Part shown: in pieces, positions 1 through 8,078 of the stretch | How the letters are laid out: each line of letters starts with the position of its first letter | How positions within the stretch are numbered: the first letter of the stretch is position 1 | DNA from: a virus | Reading direction: 5' to 3' (one strand) | Virus record (IMG/VR): IMGVR_UViG_3300035338_000008 | Coordinates: 1-23,997 of that record | DNA: 23,997 bases | Program-made: the position numbers and the translations under genes | Notes under the pieces: model-generated | The model's input: only the letters and a program-made list of their open reading frames with translations | Told to the model about the DNA's origin: nothing | Databases searched by the model: none

Positions 1-1
1 T

Positions 2-142
2 GCTACTGGTTACGGTTTATCTGATGGGGAAATAAGACATATTGATAATTTTTTCAGTCAAATTCAATCGCCAAATATTAGGTTTAAAATTAAAAGAAAA
101 TTAAAATCATTGGATACTATTAGATCATTTGATCCTTTTTGA
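2..142 (+). CDS. 3' end of a gene truncated by the window edge (hypothetical)
   Basis: Frame is open from position 2 (ATGYGLSDGEIRHIDNFF...RSFDPF) to TGA at 140-142 and overlaps the converging ORF by 18 nt. Confidence 0.35.
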   Translation, partial: ATGYGLSDGEIRHIDNFFSQIQSPNIRFKIKRKLKSLDTIRSFDPF

Positions 143-538
143 TTTATTGCCAATGTTATTATAGTATTTTTGTAGACCAATCTTGTGTTTCTCAATAAAA
201 CTAGAATATTTTTCATCTTTAACTTTTAACAATCTAAGTAAACTTTTAAAACAGATTATAACTACCCATACTATTGCTCCGGGTCCTTCTTCATTTTCAA
301 AGATTTTAATGTCTATTACTTCACCACTATTTCCAGTGTAACCACACATCATGTCCATTACTTTTTGATAATTTTCTACTTCCAAGTCAGGATCTGTGAA
401 GATCAGTATTGTTTCCCTCACGTAACCATGGTCCTCTTCATATTCCTTCATCTGCAAGAATTTTAAAACTATACGGAATCCCCTCCTAAGATCCATATGA
501 TCTATAATCATGGTCTTAAGCAGCGTCGAAGAGCACAA
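125..538 (-). CDS. Hypothetical protein; true start probably downstream of 538
   Basis: 137-aa AT-rich ORF divergent from terS, with no recognisable motif. Confidence 0.5.
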   Translation of the reverse strand: MCSSTLLKTMIIDHMDLRRGFRIVLKFLQMKEYEEDHGYVRETILIFTDPDLEVENYQKVMDMMCGYTGNSGEVIDIKIFENEEGPGAIVWVVIICFKSLLRLLKVKDEKYSSFIEKHKIGLQKYYNNIGNKSKRIK

Positions 539-570
539 GAGAACTAATCAACAGAAAAGAAGGGGAGATC

Positions 571-1077
571 ATGAGAGAGAAACAGAAACACATTGACGCA
601 TTCGATTACTTTTACCAGTTGGGTGGTGCTGCATCTGCAGAAAATTGCAGATTAGTTGCAGAAAAGTTTCAGATATCTGAACGGACATTTTGGAATTGGT
701 ATAAAAAATTAGGATGGAAAGAAAGGGTCCACCTCCGCAACATTGATGTTGGAAAAAGAGTGGAAGAGAAGACCAACACCACGATTGCAGACAATAAGGC
801 CAATTACCTGTCTTATGTTCACAAGTTATTCAATGATTGGAAGGCTAAGGTGGATGCGGGTGAGGTTCCGGTTGAGATTAAATCGGTTAGTGATGTTGAT
901 AAGATTGTGAAGTTAGCTTTACTGTTGCAGGATGAGGCCACAGATAAGACTGAGACTAAAATCCAGAGTGAAGGCAAGTATGAAGTTACTAAGAGAATAA
1001 TTTGTTCTCAAGAACACATTGATCATGAGCTCGAGGTTTTAAATGCCGTCAACAAAACCCGAGAAATTGATAAATGA
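571..1077 (+). CDS. terS: Terminase small subunit
   Basis: N-terminal HTH (LVAEKFQISERTFWNWYKKLGW), helical middle region, RBS AGGGGAG, and position directly upstream of and overlapping terL. Confidence 0.8.
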   Translation: MREKQKHIDAFDYFYQLGGAASAENCRLVAEKFQISERTFWNWYKKLGWKERVHLRNIDVGKRVEEKTNTTIADNKANYLSYVHKLFNDWKAKVDAGEVPVEIKSVSDVDKIVKLALLLQDEATDKTETKIQSEGKYEVTKRIICSQEHIDHELEVLNAVNKTREIDK

Positions 1078-2608
1078 TGAGTTTCCATTAGGCCCAGGTA
1101 CTTTTGCAATAGAGTCCAGTAATGGCCGTTGGATTCCATTTAAACATCTTATTTTAATTGTAGAACTTTTAATGTACCTGGTTGATGGTAGGTTCAACCG
1201 GTTAATGTTATTCGCACCGCCAAGGCATGGGAAAACATGGCTTATCAGTAAGTATTTTTTAACATGGTTCCTTGGTAGTTTCCCAGACCTTCGTATTATA
1301 TTAGTAACCCACAGGGCTAGTTTCAGTGCTAAATGGGGCCGTATAAGTAAACAGTTGTTATCATATTATGGTAAGAAACTATTTGTCAAGGAGATGTTAA
1401 CCGAGGAGGGGAAACATGTTCTTGTGGATAATGAGATTAAATTAGATAAGAATAGTCAGGCAAGTTACAGGTGGGACATAGAAGGCCATGATGGAGGGTT
1501 GTTCACTGCTGGACTTGGTGGTGGACTTTTAGGTGAAGGGGCAAATGGGCTGATAATAGATGACCCTACTAAAGGATTTAAGAAGGCTAATAGTAAAACC
1601 CATCAGCAGGAATTGAATGATACTTATTACACTGAATGGAAAACCAGACTGGATAAAGATCTCATCACAGGCAAATATCCTTGGATAATTTATGATGCTC
1701 AGCGTTTAAGTAAAAAAGATTTAGCTGGACAGATACTTCATGGCTTCACAGAAGAAGACCCTGGAGAACCACATATAGATGCACGTGAAGCCATTGAGAT
1801 ATTAAGAAATGGTGGAAGCATACCCATGGGAACATGGGTGGTACTTAACCTCCCGGCCCTGGCTGAAGAAGATGACATCCTGGGTAGACAACCTGGAGAG
1901 GCACTTTGTCCGGCGATAATGAATGAGGATGACCTGGCACAAATAAAAAAGGACATGGGTTCATTCCGATTCAATGCTATTTATCAAGGAGAGCCACTGG
2001 AACGTGAAGGGAAGATATTCAAACGTGAATATTTCTTTGATGAACGTGGAGAACTTCTCGCAAGCGTTTTAACTAATTCTAAAAAATTACCCAACCTACT
2101 CAATGAAGCCCGGTACTGGGATTTCGGTGCATCTGGTGAAGATGGAGACGAAACCGCTGGGATGAGAGGAGCATACAATGAAAACAAACTCACCTTCCGC
2201 TGCCTAGTTTACGATAAGCTCACAGCCAAACAATCCCTCTACAAATACAAATCCACAACCAAGAAAGATGGCCTGGACGTTGTGAGTATAATTGAACAAG
2301 AACCTGCCAGTGAATCCAAAATGCTCATCCAAGAGTTGATGGATTTAGATGAGTTAGCTTGGCATGATATTCGTAAAGACAAAGTCTCAGGTAGTAAACT
2401 TGACCGGGCATTCCACCTGGAAGTCATGGCCGAAGCACACCGTATACAATTTGACACAGACCACATGACCATGGCAGAGATTAAGATGTGCATTGAGAAT
2501 CTGATTGAGTTCACAGGTGAAGAAGGAGACAAAGACCACACCGTGGACACTATGACCGGTTTGGCTAATTATTTCATGGTTAATCAAGGTGCTGAGATTT
2601 ACGTTTAA
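1043..2608 (+). CDS. terL: Terminase large subunit
   Basis: Walker A APPRHGKT, Walker B LIIDDP, RNase H-like nuclease motifs RYWDFGAS..GDETAG and DHTVDTMTG, and RBS GAGGT upstream of ATG 1043. Confidence 0.95.
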   Translation: MPSTKPEKLINDEFPLGPGTFAIESSNGRWIPFKHLILIVELLMYLVDGRFNRLMLFAPPRHGKTWLISKYFLTWFLGSFPDLRIILVTHRASFSAKWGRISKQLLSYYGKKLFVKEMLTEEGKHVLVDNEIKLDKNSQASYRWDIEGHDGGLFTAGLGGGLLGEGANGLIIDDPTKGFKKANSKTHQQELNDTYYTEWKTRLDKDLITGKYPWIIYDAQRLSKKDLAGQILHGFTEEDPGEPHIDAREAIEILRNGGSIPMGTWVVLNLPALAEEDDILGRQPGEALCPAIMNEDDLAQIKKDMGSFRFNAIYQGEPLEREGKIFKREYFFDERGELLASVLTNSKKLPNLLNEARYWDFGASGEDGDETAGMRGAYNENKLTFRCLVYDKLTAKQSLYKYKSTTKKDGLDVVSIIEQEPASESKMLIQELMDLDELAWHDIRKDKVSGSKLDRAFHLEVMAEAHRIQFDTDHMTMAEIKMCIENLIEFTGEEGDKDHTVDTMTGLANYFMVNQGAEIYV

Positions 2609-2636
2609 TTTTTATTAGTTTTAGGAGTTATAAACT

Positions 2637-4271
2637 ATGGAACCATTTGCTTTAGCCCTCGGAGATGGCAGTGTAGTCCTTAAAGAAACACTGGACAAGT
2701 TCGCCCTCAAATCAGATGAATTTGAATTTGATAAGGACATGTTTGACAAGAAGGTATCAAAGAAGGATATAGCAACCAAAGCAAACTCTGGAGAGGAATC
2801 TAAACAACTACGAGAAGGCCAGAACACTTATTCCTTTTACAACCTAATGAGGCCACCATACCCTCCAAAGATGCTCACATCCCTAAAAGAAATAAACACT
2901 TACCACTCTTCAGCAGTTAAAACCAAAGCAGTAGACACAGCAGGGCTAGGAGTTAAAATAGTACCAAGAGGGGACAAATCCAACCCGGAGAATAAAAAGA
3001 TACTAGAACAATTTCTCCAGAATTGTGATCCCACTCCAGAAGACCTTTTCACCCGAGCATGTCAAGATGAAGAAGAAGTTGGATGGCTGGCCATAGAGGT
3101 AATACGAACAGCAGGCCAGACCCTAGCTGAACCTCAAAGATTAGAACACATTCCTAGTCACACCATCAGGATCCACAAAGATGGTAACCGATTCATGCAC
3201 ACTTGGGATGGGATTAACCGGCGCTGGTTTAAACTCATAGGAGATTACCGTAGTGTTAAAGATCAGATGGATAAAGACATTGACAACACTGACGGGTCAG
3301 AAAAGGAATTTAACAGTTTACCAAAAGAAAAAAGAGCCAATGAATTAATTTATGATATTAATTATAGTTCAGGTACATCCTATTATGGAACCCCTGACAG
3401 TATACCTGCAATCCGTACAATGCTAGGGGATCAGGCTGCAACAAACTATAATCTTACTTTTTTCAAGAACTTCGCAACTCCACAGTATGCTGTGTATATC
3501 ACTGGTAATTTCAAAGACCAGCCTATTTTAGATGATGAGGGTAAACCAACTGGTAAATCAGTTTTACAGAAATCAATCGAGGATAGATTCAGAGAAGTGA
3601 AACAGAACCCCCATGGGAACATGGTGTTCATGATACCCAGTAAAGGAGGTTCAGACACCCAACCAGTCACAATCACATTTGAGAAATTATCTGTTGATAT
3701 TAAAGATAGTCACTTCAGATTATACCGTGATGCAAACCGGGATGAAGTAGTATCAGCTGAACGTGTGGATCCATACAGGGCCATGATAGTCCAGAAAGGA
3801 AACATGGGTGGAGGGAACACTGTATCCACCCAGACAGCTAAAAACTATAAATCAACCACTATTAAACCGAAACAACGAAGATTAGAAGCACTAATCAACA
3901 AATATGTGATTTGGAGAGATAAAGAGAAAGGCGGATTCGGTATAACTGATTGGGCTATCAAGTTTGAAGAGATTGACACTGACGATGAAAGCCATGAAAT
4001 GAACATGACACAGGCCCTATTCAATATGGGGACTATGAGTCCTTTACAAATTGCAGACCGCTTTGCAGACCGTTATGGCACAGTAATCCCCGAAGAATTA
4101 CGAGACCATCCCTCCCTGAATGCTTATTACATTAATGGCAACCCCCTTACTCTTGAACCACAAAACCAAGAGATGCCAGAAGAGGTAGCTAAAATCCTGG
4201 AAGATATTGCCAATAAACTAGATCCTGAACAATCACAGAACCATCCACTCAGGAGGCTATTCGGTGGATAA
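2637..4271 (+). CDS. Portal protein (PBSX/HK97-like)
   Basis: 544 aa after terL with motifs LEHIPSHTIR, YYGTPD..PA and NLTFFKNFATPQYAVYITG; RBS AGGAG. Confidence 0.9.
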   Translation: MEPFALALGDGSVVLKETLDKFALKSDEFEFDKDMFDKKVSKKDIATKANSGEESKQLREGQNTYSFYNLMRPPYPPKMLTSLKEINTYHSSAVKTKAVDTAGLGVKIVPRGDKSNPENKKILEQFLQNCDPTPEDLFTRACQDEEEVGWLAIEVIRTAGQTLAEPQRLEHIPSHTIRIHKDGNRFMHTWDGINRRWFKLIGDYRSVKDQMDKDIDNTDGSEKEFNSLPKEKRANELIYDINYSSGTSYYGTPDSIPAIRTMLGDQAATNYNLTFFKNFATPQYAVYITGNFKDQPILDDEGKPTGKSVLQKSIEDRFREVKQNPHGNMVFMIPSKGGSDTQPVTITFEKLSVDIKDSHFRLYRDANRDEVVSAERVDPYRAMIVQKGNMGGGNTVSTQTAKNYKSTTIKPKQRRLEALINKYVIWRDKEKGGFGITDWAIKFEEIDTDDESHEMNMTQALFNMGTMSPLQIADRFADRYGTVIPEELRDHPSLNAYYINGNPLTLEPQNQEMPEEVAKILEDIANKLDPEQSQNHPLRRLFGG

Positions 4272-5154
4272 TAAAAGTGCTGCCAGTCTCCTCAGAATGT
4301 CAGCAATGAAACTAAGAAACCTGGCATTTAACAATGTAGCCATCAAAGAAGTGAGCACAGATTTCCAAATAGCTGGAGCAAAGGAGTTCTGGCAGTTAAT
4401 TGACTCATTACTTGCTGAACATGTCACTATCTCAAAAGAACATGTTCTAGCCGCCAGTAAAAATACTGATCTTAATTTTGAATACCTCCGGCAGATCTAT
4501 CCTGACATTGATAACATTATTCAGGAAGCCGTACCCGATATTAGAACTTACACTGAGAAGTTTTACACAGCAGGTAAGACAGCTGGATTTAGTGATATGG
4601 GAGTTAAAGCTTTTGTTGGAGCTTCCGATACCAATGCAATGTACCACTTGACTAATTACAATTTTGAATTAATACGACAATTAACTGATGACCTGGCCGC
4701 AGGAGTAAGGCGGGAGGTCTGGCAGGGTGTGGCCCGGGACCGTGGTCTTAAGGAGATAGCTAAACGTATTGAGAAAGTCCCTGACCTTGTACCATTACAG
4801 AGAGGTAAACGGGTTTGGTCTATTGCTGAACGTGCAAAGCTCCAGGCACATACTGAGTCCACCAGGGCCAGACACCAGGGCCTATACATGTCATTCAAAC
4901 AGTACGATGTAACTCATTATGAATTGGTGAATACTCCATGGAAACGTTTATGTCCTGACTGTAAGGCCAAGGCGGCGAATAATCCTTATGAGATTGATGA
5001 TTTGACTGCTTGGGCTCCTATCCATGTCCTATGTCATTGTAGTAATATTGCTGCCAGCGATCCTGCTGAGAAGGCCAGTGACCCTGGTGAGTTCTTGAAT
5101 ATGGTGACTGGGCAGATGGAACAGGTTAATAAAAATCTGGTTTTTGCTATTTAG
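4264..5154 (+). CDS. Minor head protein (Mu gpF / SPP1 gp7-like)
   Basis: Follows the portal gene. It has RAKLQAHTESTRA, CPDC and a C-terminal PIHVLCHC motif (variant of HPxCRC). Confidence 0.85.
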   Translation: MDNKSAASLLRMSAMKLRNLAFNNVAIKEVSTDFQIAGAKEFWQLIDSLLAEHVTISKEHVLAASKNTDLNFEYLRQIYPDIDNIIQEAVPDIRTYTEKFYTAGKTAGFSDMGVKAFVGASDTNAMYHLTNYNFELIRQLTDDLAAGVRREVWQGVARDRGLKEIAKRIEKVPDLVPLQRGKRVWSIAERAKLQAHTESTRARHQGLYMSFKQYDVTHYELVNTPWKRLCPDCKAKAANNPYEIDDLTAWAPIHVLCHCSNIAASDPAEKASDPGEFLNMVTGQMEQVNKNLVFAI

Positions 5155-5161
5155 ATTCCTA

Positions 5162-5175
5162 TTTTTTTTGTTTTT
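5162..5175 (+). terminator. Oligo-T tract (archaeal-type terminator candidate, or tRNA leader)
   Basis: TTTTTTTTGTTTTT lies 7 nt after the minor head stop codon and immediately before the tRNA-like element. Confidence 0.4.
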
Positions 5176-5248
5176 GCCTGTGTAACTCAAGTAGATGAGT
5201 GCCGGATTTGTAACCCGGAAGGTGGGGCTACGAGTGCCTCCTCAGGCT
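5176..5248 (+). tRNA. Non-canonical tRNA-Thr (anticodon TGT)-like gene, no encoded CCA
   Basis: Hand-folded cloverleaf: acceptor GCCTGTG/CTCAGGC (6/7 paired), D-stem ACTC/GAGT, anticodon stem CCGGA/CCCGG (4/5) with loop TTTGTAA (TGT at 5209-5211), 5-nt variable loop AAGGT, T-stem GGGGC/GCCTC with loop TACGAGT, and discriminator T. Confidence 0.75.
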
Positions 5249-5269
5249 TTCAGAACTAACATTATTTAA

Positions 5270-5292
5270 ATTAATCTTAAATGGAGGTGAAT
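5270..5292 (+). repeat. 23-bp direct repeat, copy 1 (contains RBS GGAGGTGA)
   Basis: ATTAATCTTAAATGGAGGTGAAT, identical to 5473-5495. Confidence 0.95.
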
Positions 5293-5294
5293 CC

Positions 5295-5459
5295 ATGGAG
5301 GATAAAGAATTCTCAGAACTAATCAAAGAGTTAGCAAATAAATTACAACTAGCCAAAGGAGAACTAACCGGAGCCCAATTACTGATTTTTAAAGGAGTTC
5401 TCAAAGGTGGAGTAGATTTCGTGAATTATACTCTTAATATTGAAGAGTTTAAAAAATGA
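5295..5459 (+). CDS. Small 54-aa hypothetical protein (not in ORF track)
   Basis: Perfect RBS GGAGGTGA 4 nt before ATG. Translation: MEDKEFSELIKELANKLQLAKGELTGAQLLIFKGVLKGGVDFVNYTLNIEEFKK, with TGA at 5457-5459. Confidence 0.75.
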   Translation: MEDKEFSELIKELANKLQLAKGELTGAQLLIFKGVLKGGVDFVNYTLNIEEFKK

Positions 5460-5472
5460 TTTTCTAATTTTT

Positions 5473-5495
5473 ATTAATCTTAAATGGAGGTGAAT
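5473..5495 (+). repeat. 23-bp direct repeat, copy 2 (RBS of protease gene)
   Basis: ATTAATCTTAAATGGAGGTGAAT, identical to 5270-5292. Confidence 0.95.
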
Positions 5496-5500
5496 TGATT

Positions 5501-6979
5501 TTGACAAAGCAAAAAAGCCACAAAAGGATGACAACCCCTGGAAGCTACAGAGATGTAGAAAACAAGTTAAGGGGAGCAATCAATGAAAAATACAACTCAG
5601 GACCAGCCGGAAACAAAGTAAGCACATGGCCAGTAGACATAATCCCAGACCCTCCAATAACTGCTGGAGAAACAATTATCGAAAACTATGACATGAACAA
5701 ATACTTCAAAATGTCATTCGAATTTGATGAAGAAGGCAAAATAATATTAGGCGATGCTGTCGAAGTCACTCAAACATTAACGTATGATCCAGTAGAAAAA
5801 GGATTGTTCGTTACAAAAGACGATGTTAAACAGGAAGTAACTGGACCCGTAATGTTGCCAGGATGTGCAGACTGCGATTTTAAACGTGGCGAAAAAATCT
5901 TCAGTGAAGATGAAGTCGCTAAATTCTGTGAAGAATACGATAAATACAGGATAGCAGATGAAATGCACTTATTCGGGGCAACAGGAAACCAGATAGGAAC
6001 ATCAATCAAGAACTGGACTCTTAAGAGTGAAGAAACCTACACAAACGTTAAAGGGGAAAGTGTAACTCTCCCTAAAGGTACCTGGATGTCTACAGTTAAA
6101 ATCACTGATGACGAGGTCTGGCAGAAAATCGAAGATGGAACCTACAAAGGTTTCAGTGGAACTTACCTCCCTAGGGAGCATGCAACACAACTGATGGAAA
6201 AGATAACAGCTTCCAAAAGCATGAATCCATTGTTAGATTACTTAGAATCAGTTAAACGTACATTGATTAAAGATATTGATGACCCGGTTCCACCAATTGT
6301 TGCAATTGTTGACAATCCCTGTGTACCTAATGCTATTTTTACCAGTGTTAAAACCTGCCCCACATCAGAGAAGGCAGGCCGCAGTATAAGCGATTCCACA
6401 CTGACAACACTACAGAAAGCACACGACAAAGCCCAGAGTGCACTGGACAATGTTAAAAAATTACTTAAAAAAGCGGAAGGCGAAAGGCCTTCAGCAGATA
6501 AGGAGGTAGATGATATGGACGAAAAAGAATTAGCCAAATTAGTAGGCGATACTGTAGACAAAAAATTTGATGAAAAAGTTAAACCCATTTCTGAAAAAAT
6601 CGAGGCAATTGAAGAGAAATTGCCTGAAGCAGATAAAAAAACAGACCCTCCAGGCAAGAATACTCCTGCCACTGAGGCAATCAAATGCACTAAATGTGAC
6701 CATGAAATCAAAGGTGCAGCTAAATTCTGCCCAGAATGCGGAGACCAAATATTACAGGAAGGTGAAGAGCCAGCCGAGAAACTGGAAGACAATCCTGTGA
6801 TTAAAAGCATCCTGGACCAGCAGAAAAAAATTAGTGAAAAATTAGGGATTCCTGCAGAATCTCAGAAGATGAAAGGTCAAGATGATGATGAAGAGGGTAC
6901 AGGTTCTGCAACCAAATCAGATGATGATTTCTACTCTCAGGCTGGTCTGAAACGTAACGGCAGGCCTAAAGAAGAATAA
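5501..6979 (+). CDS. Prohead protease (XkdF-like) fused to scaffold
   Basis: Lies between the minor head and capsid genes. It has the motif pattern VTGPVMLPG..D...DEMH..KGTWMSTVKITDDEVWQKIEDGTYKGFS and a charged coiled-coil C-terminus. TTG 5501 is better spaced from the RBS than TTG 5495. Confidence 0.8.
   Translation: MTKQKSHKRMTTPGSYRDVENKLRGAINEKYNSGPAGNKVSTWPVDIIPDPPITAGETIIENYDMNKYFKMSFEFDEEGKIILGDAVEVTQTLTYDPVEKGLFVTKDDVKQEVTGPVMLPGCADCDFKRGEKIFSEDEVAKFCEEYDKYRIADEMHLFGATGNQIGTSIKNWTLKSEETYTNVKGESVTLPKGTWMSTVKITDDEVWQKIEDGTYKGFSGTYLPREHATQLMEKITASKSMNPLLDYLESVKRTLIKDIDDPVPPIVAIVDNPCVPNAIFTSVKTCPTSEKAGRSISDSTLTTLQKAHDKAQSALDNVKKLLKKAEGERPSADKEVDDMDEKELAKLVGDTVDKKFDEKVKPISEKIEAIEEKLPEADKKTDPPGKNTPATEAIKCTKCDHEIKGAAKFCPECGDQILQEGEEPAEKLEDNPVIKSILDQQKKISEKLGIPAESQKMKGQDDDEEGTGSATKSDDDFYSQAGLKRNGRPKEE
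6515..6979 (+). CDS. Nested in-frame scaffold protein (154 aa) from an internal start
   Basis: AAGGAGGT at 6500-6507 lies 7 nt before in-frame ATG 6515 (MDEKELAKLVGD...). Confidence 0.6.
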   Translation: MDEKELAKLVGDTVDKKFDEKVKPISEKIEAIEEKLPEADKKTDPPGKNTPATEAIKCTKCDHEIKGAAKFCPECGDQILQEGEEPAEKLEDNPVIKSILDQQKKISEKLGIPAESQKMKGQDDDEEGTGSATKSDDDFYSQAGLKRNGRPKEE

Positions 6980-6992
6980 GGAGGATGATAAG

Positions 6993-8045
6993 ATGGCAGT
7001 AGCATCAAACAAACTATACGATTTAATGATGAACAACGGTAGTTTTAAGATCGTCGATGTGGCTTCACTCGGCGATGGTAAACTACCTGTTGAGAAATTA
7101 GGTGCTTTTATCCGAGTTGTGAGGGAGAATAGTCCTGTTCTTGGTGAAGCTACCTATAAAAAAGTTAATGGCGATTCCTTGGCAATCAGCCGGGTGGACA
7201 TGGCCGATGGCATAGTAACACCTGGTCAGGACGCATCAGGTAACAAAAGAGTAGTTCCTGAAGCTGATGAGGCAGGAGCAGAGGTTAAAACTAACAGCCT
7301 AGTCCCCAAAGAGCTCATCGCTAAACTCAGGATTGACTATGAAACCCTAGAGGACAACCTGGAGCAGGATGCATTTGAAAATACGTTAATGGAGCTTTTC
7401 GGCGCAGCTGCAAAAGAAGACCTTGAAAGATACTTCATGTTTGCAGACACGGCCATAACTTGGAGTACTTCTAAAGTCAGTAAACTTCTATCGATCAATG
7501 ATGGATGGCTTAAAACTGCAGGTAACAAAATCTATGGTCTTGAATCTGCAAGTGGGGCCAACGATGAAGATTTCAATCCAGACCCTGAACAGGATATGTG
7601 GCCAATACCATTGTTCAAAGCATTATATAATGCAATTCCACGCAAATTCATAGCAGGAAAAATCAATAGGAACATGTACAGGCTATATGTTGATTCTGAT
7701 GTTGAAGAAGCTTACTCTGACATTGTTGCCGCTAGGCCCACAGTTGCAGGGGATAATGCTCTTCTTGGTAAAGATGTCCTAGCCTGGAAAGGTATTCCTG
7801 TTGTCGATATAGCTTCCTTTGAGGACACAACCTATACTAATGTTGTAGGTAAACCTGCAATGCTCACCAAACCCAAAAACATGTACTGGGGAACTAAAAG
7901 GGACATAATGGTCGAGAACGAGAAAGACATAGATTGGAGACAGCTTAAAAACGTATTATCAATGAGAGTTGATTGTACTTACGAAGATGAGGATGCAACC
8001 TCTGTTGCGTTCCTGAATAAAGCAAAACCAGCTGCATCTCCATAG
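6993..8045 (+). CDS. Major capsid protein (HK97 fold)
   Basis: 350 aa after the scaffold with RBS GGAGGA, IDYETLEDNLEQDAFENTLMELFGAAAKEDLE, and C-terminal RDIMVENEKDI..RVDC. Confidence 0.88.
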   Translation: MAVASNKLYDLMMNNGSFKIVDVASLGDGKLPVEKLGAFIRVVRENSPVLGEATYKKVNGDSLAISRVDMADGIVTPGQDASGNKRVVPEADEAGAEVKTNSLVPKELIAKLRIDYETLEDNLEQDAFENTLMELFGAAAKEDLERYFMFADTAITWSTSKVSKLLSINDGWLKTAGNKIYGLESASGANDEDFNPDPEQDMWPIPLFKALYNAIPRKFIAGKINRNMYRLYVDSDVEEAYSDIVAARPTVAGDNALLGKDVLAWKGIPVVDIASFEDTTYTNVVGKPAMLTKPKNMYWGTKRDIMVENEKDIDWRQLKNVLSMRVDCTYEDEDATSVAFLNKAKPAASP

Positions 8046-8056
8046 CTGGTTTAATC

Positions 8057-8064
8057 TTTTTTTT
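8057..8064 (+). terminator. T8 tract after capsid gene (partial terminator candidate)
   Basis: TTTTTTTT lies 11 nt after the MCP stop and directly before the next RBS. Confidence 0.35.
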
Positions 8065-8078
8065 AGGAGGTAAATATC

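Noticed and set aside
1043-2608. Intein or intron in the terminase
   Set aside because: The length is ordinary, and no intein splice motifs or LAGLIDADG blocks are seen.
5176-5248. tRNA as an attL/attR integration remnant
   Set aside because: It sits mid-operon, is full length rather than a 3' fragment, has no second copy or integrase nearby, and has a non-host-like T-loop. A comparison with the host tRNA would be needed to exclude this fully.
6238-6810. 190-aa minus-strand ORF with CPH/HLVH-like residues
   Set aside because: It is an antisense shadow of the protease/scaffold gene, with Ser/Leu/Phe-rich composition and no RBS seen.
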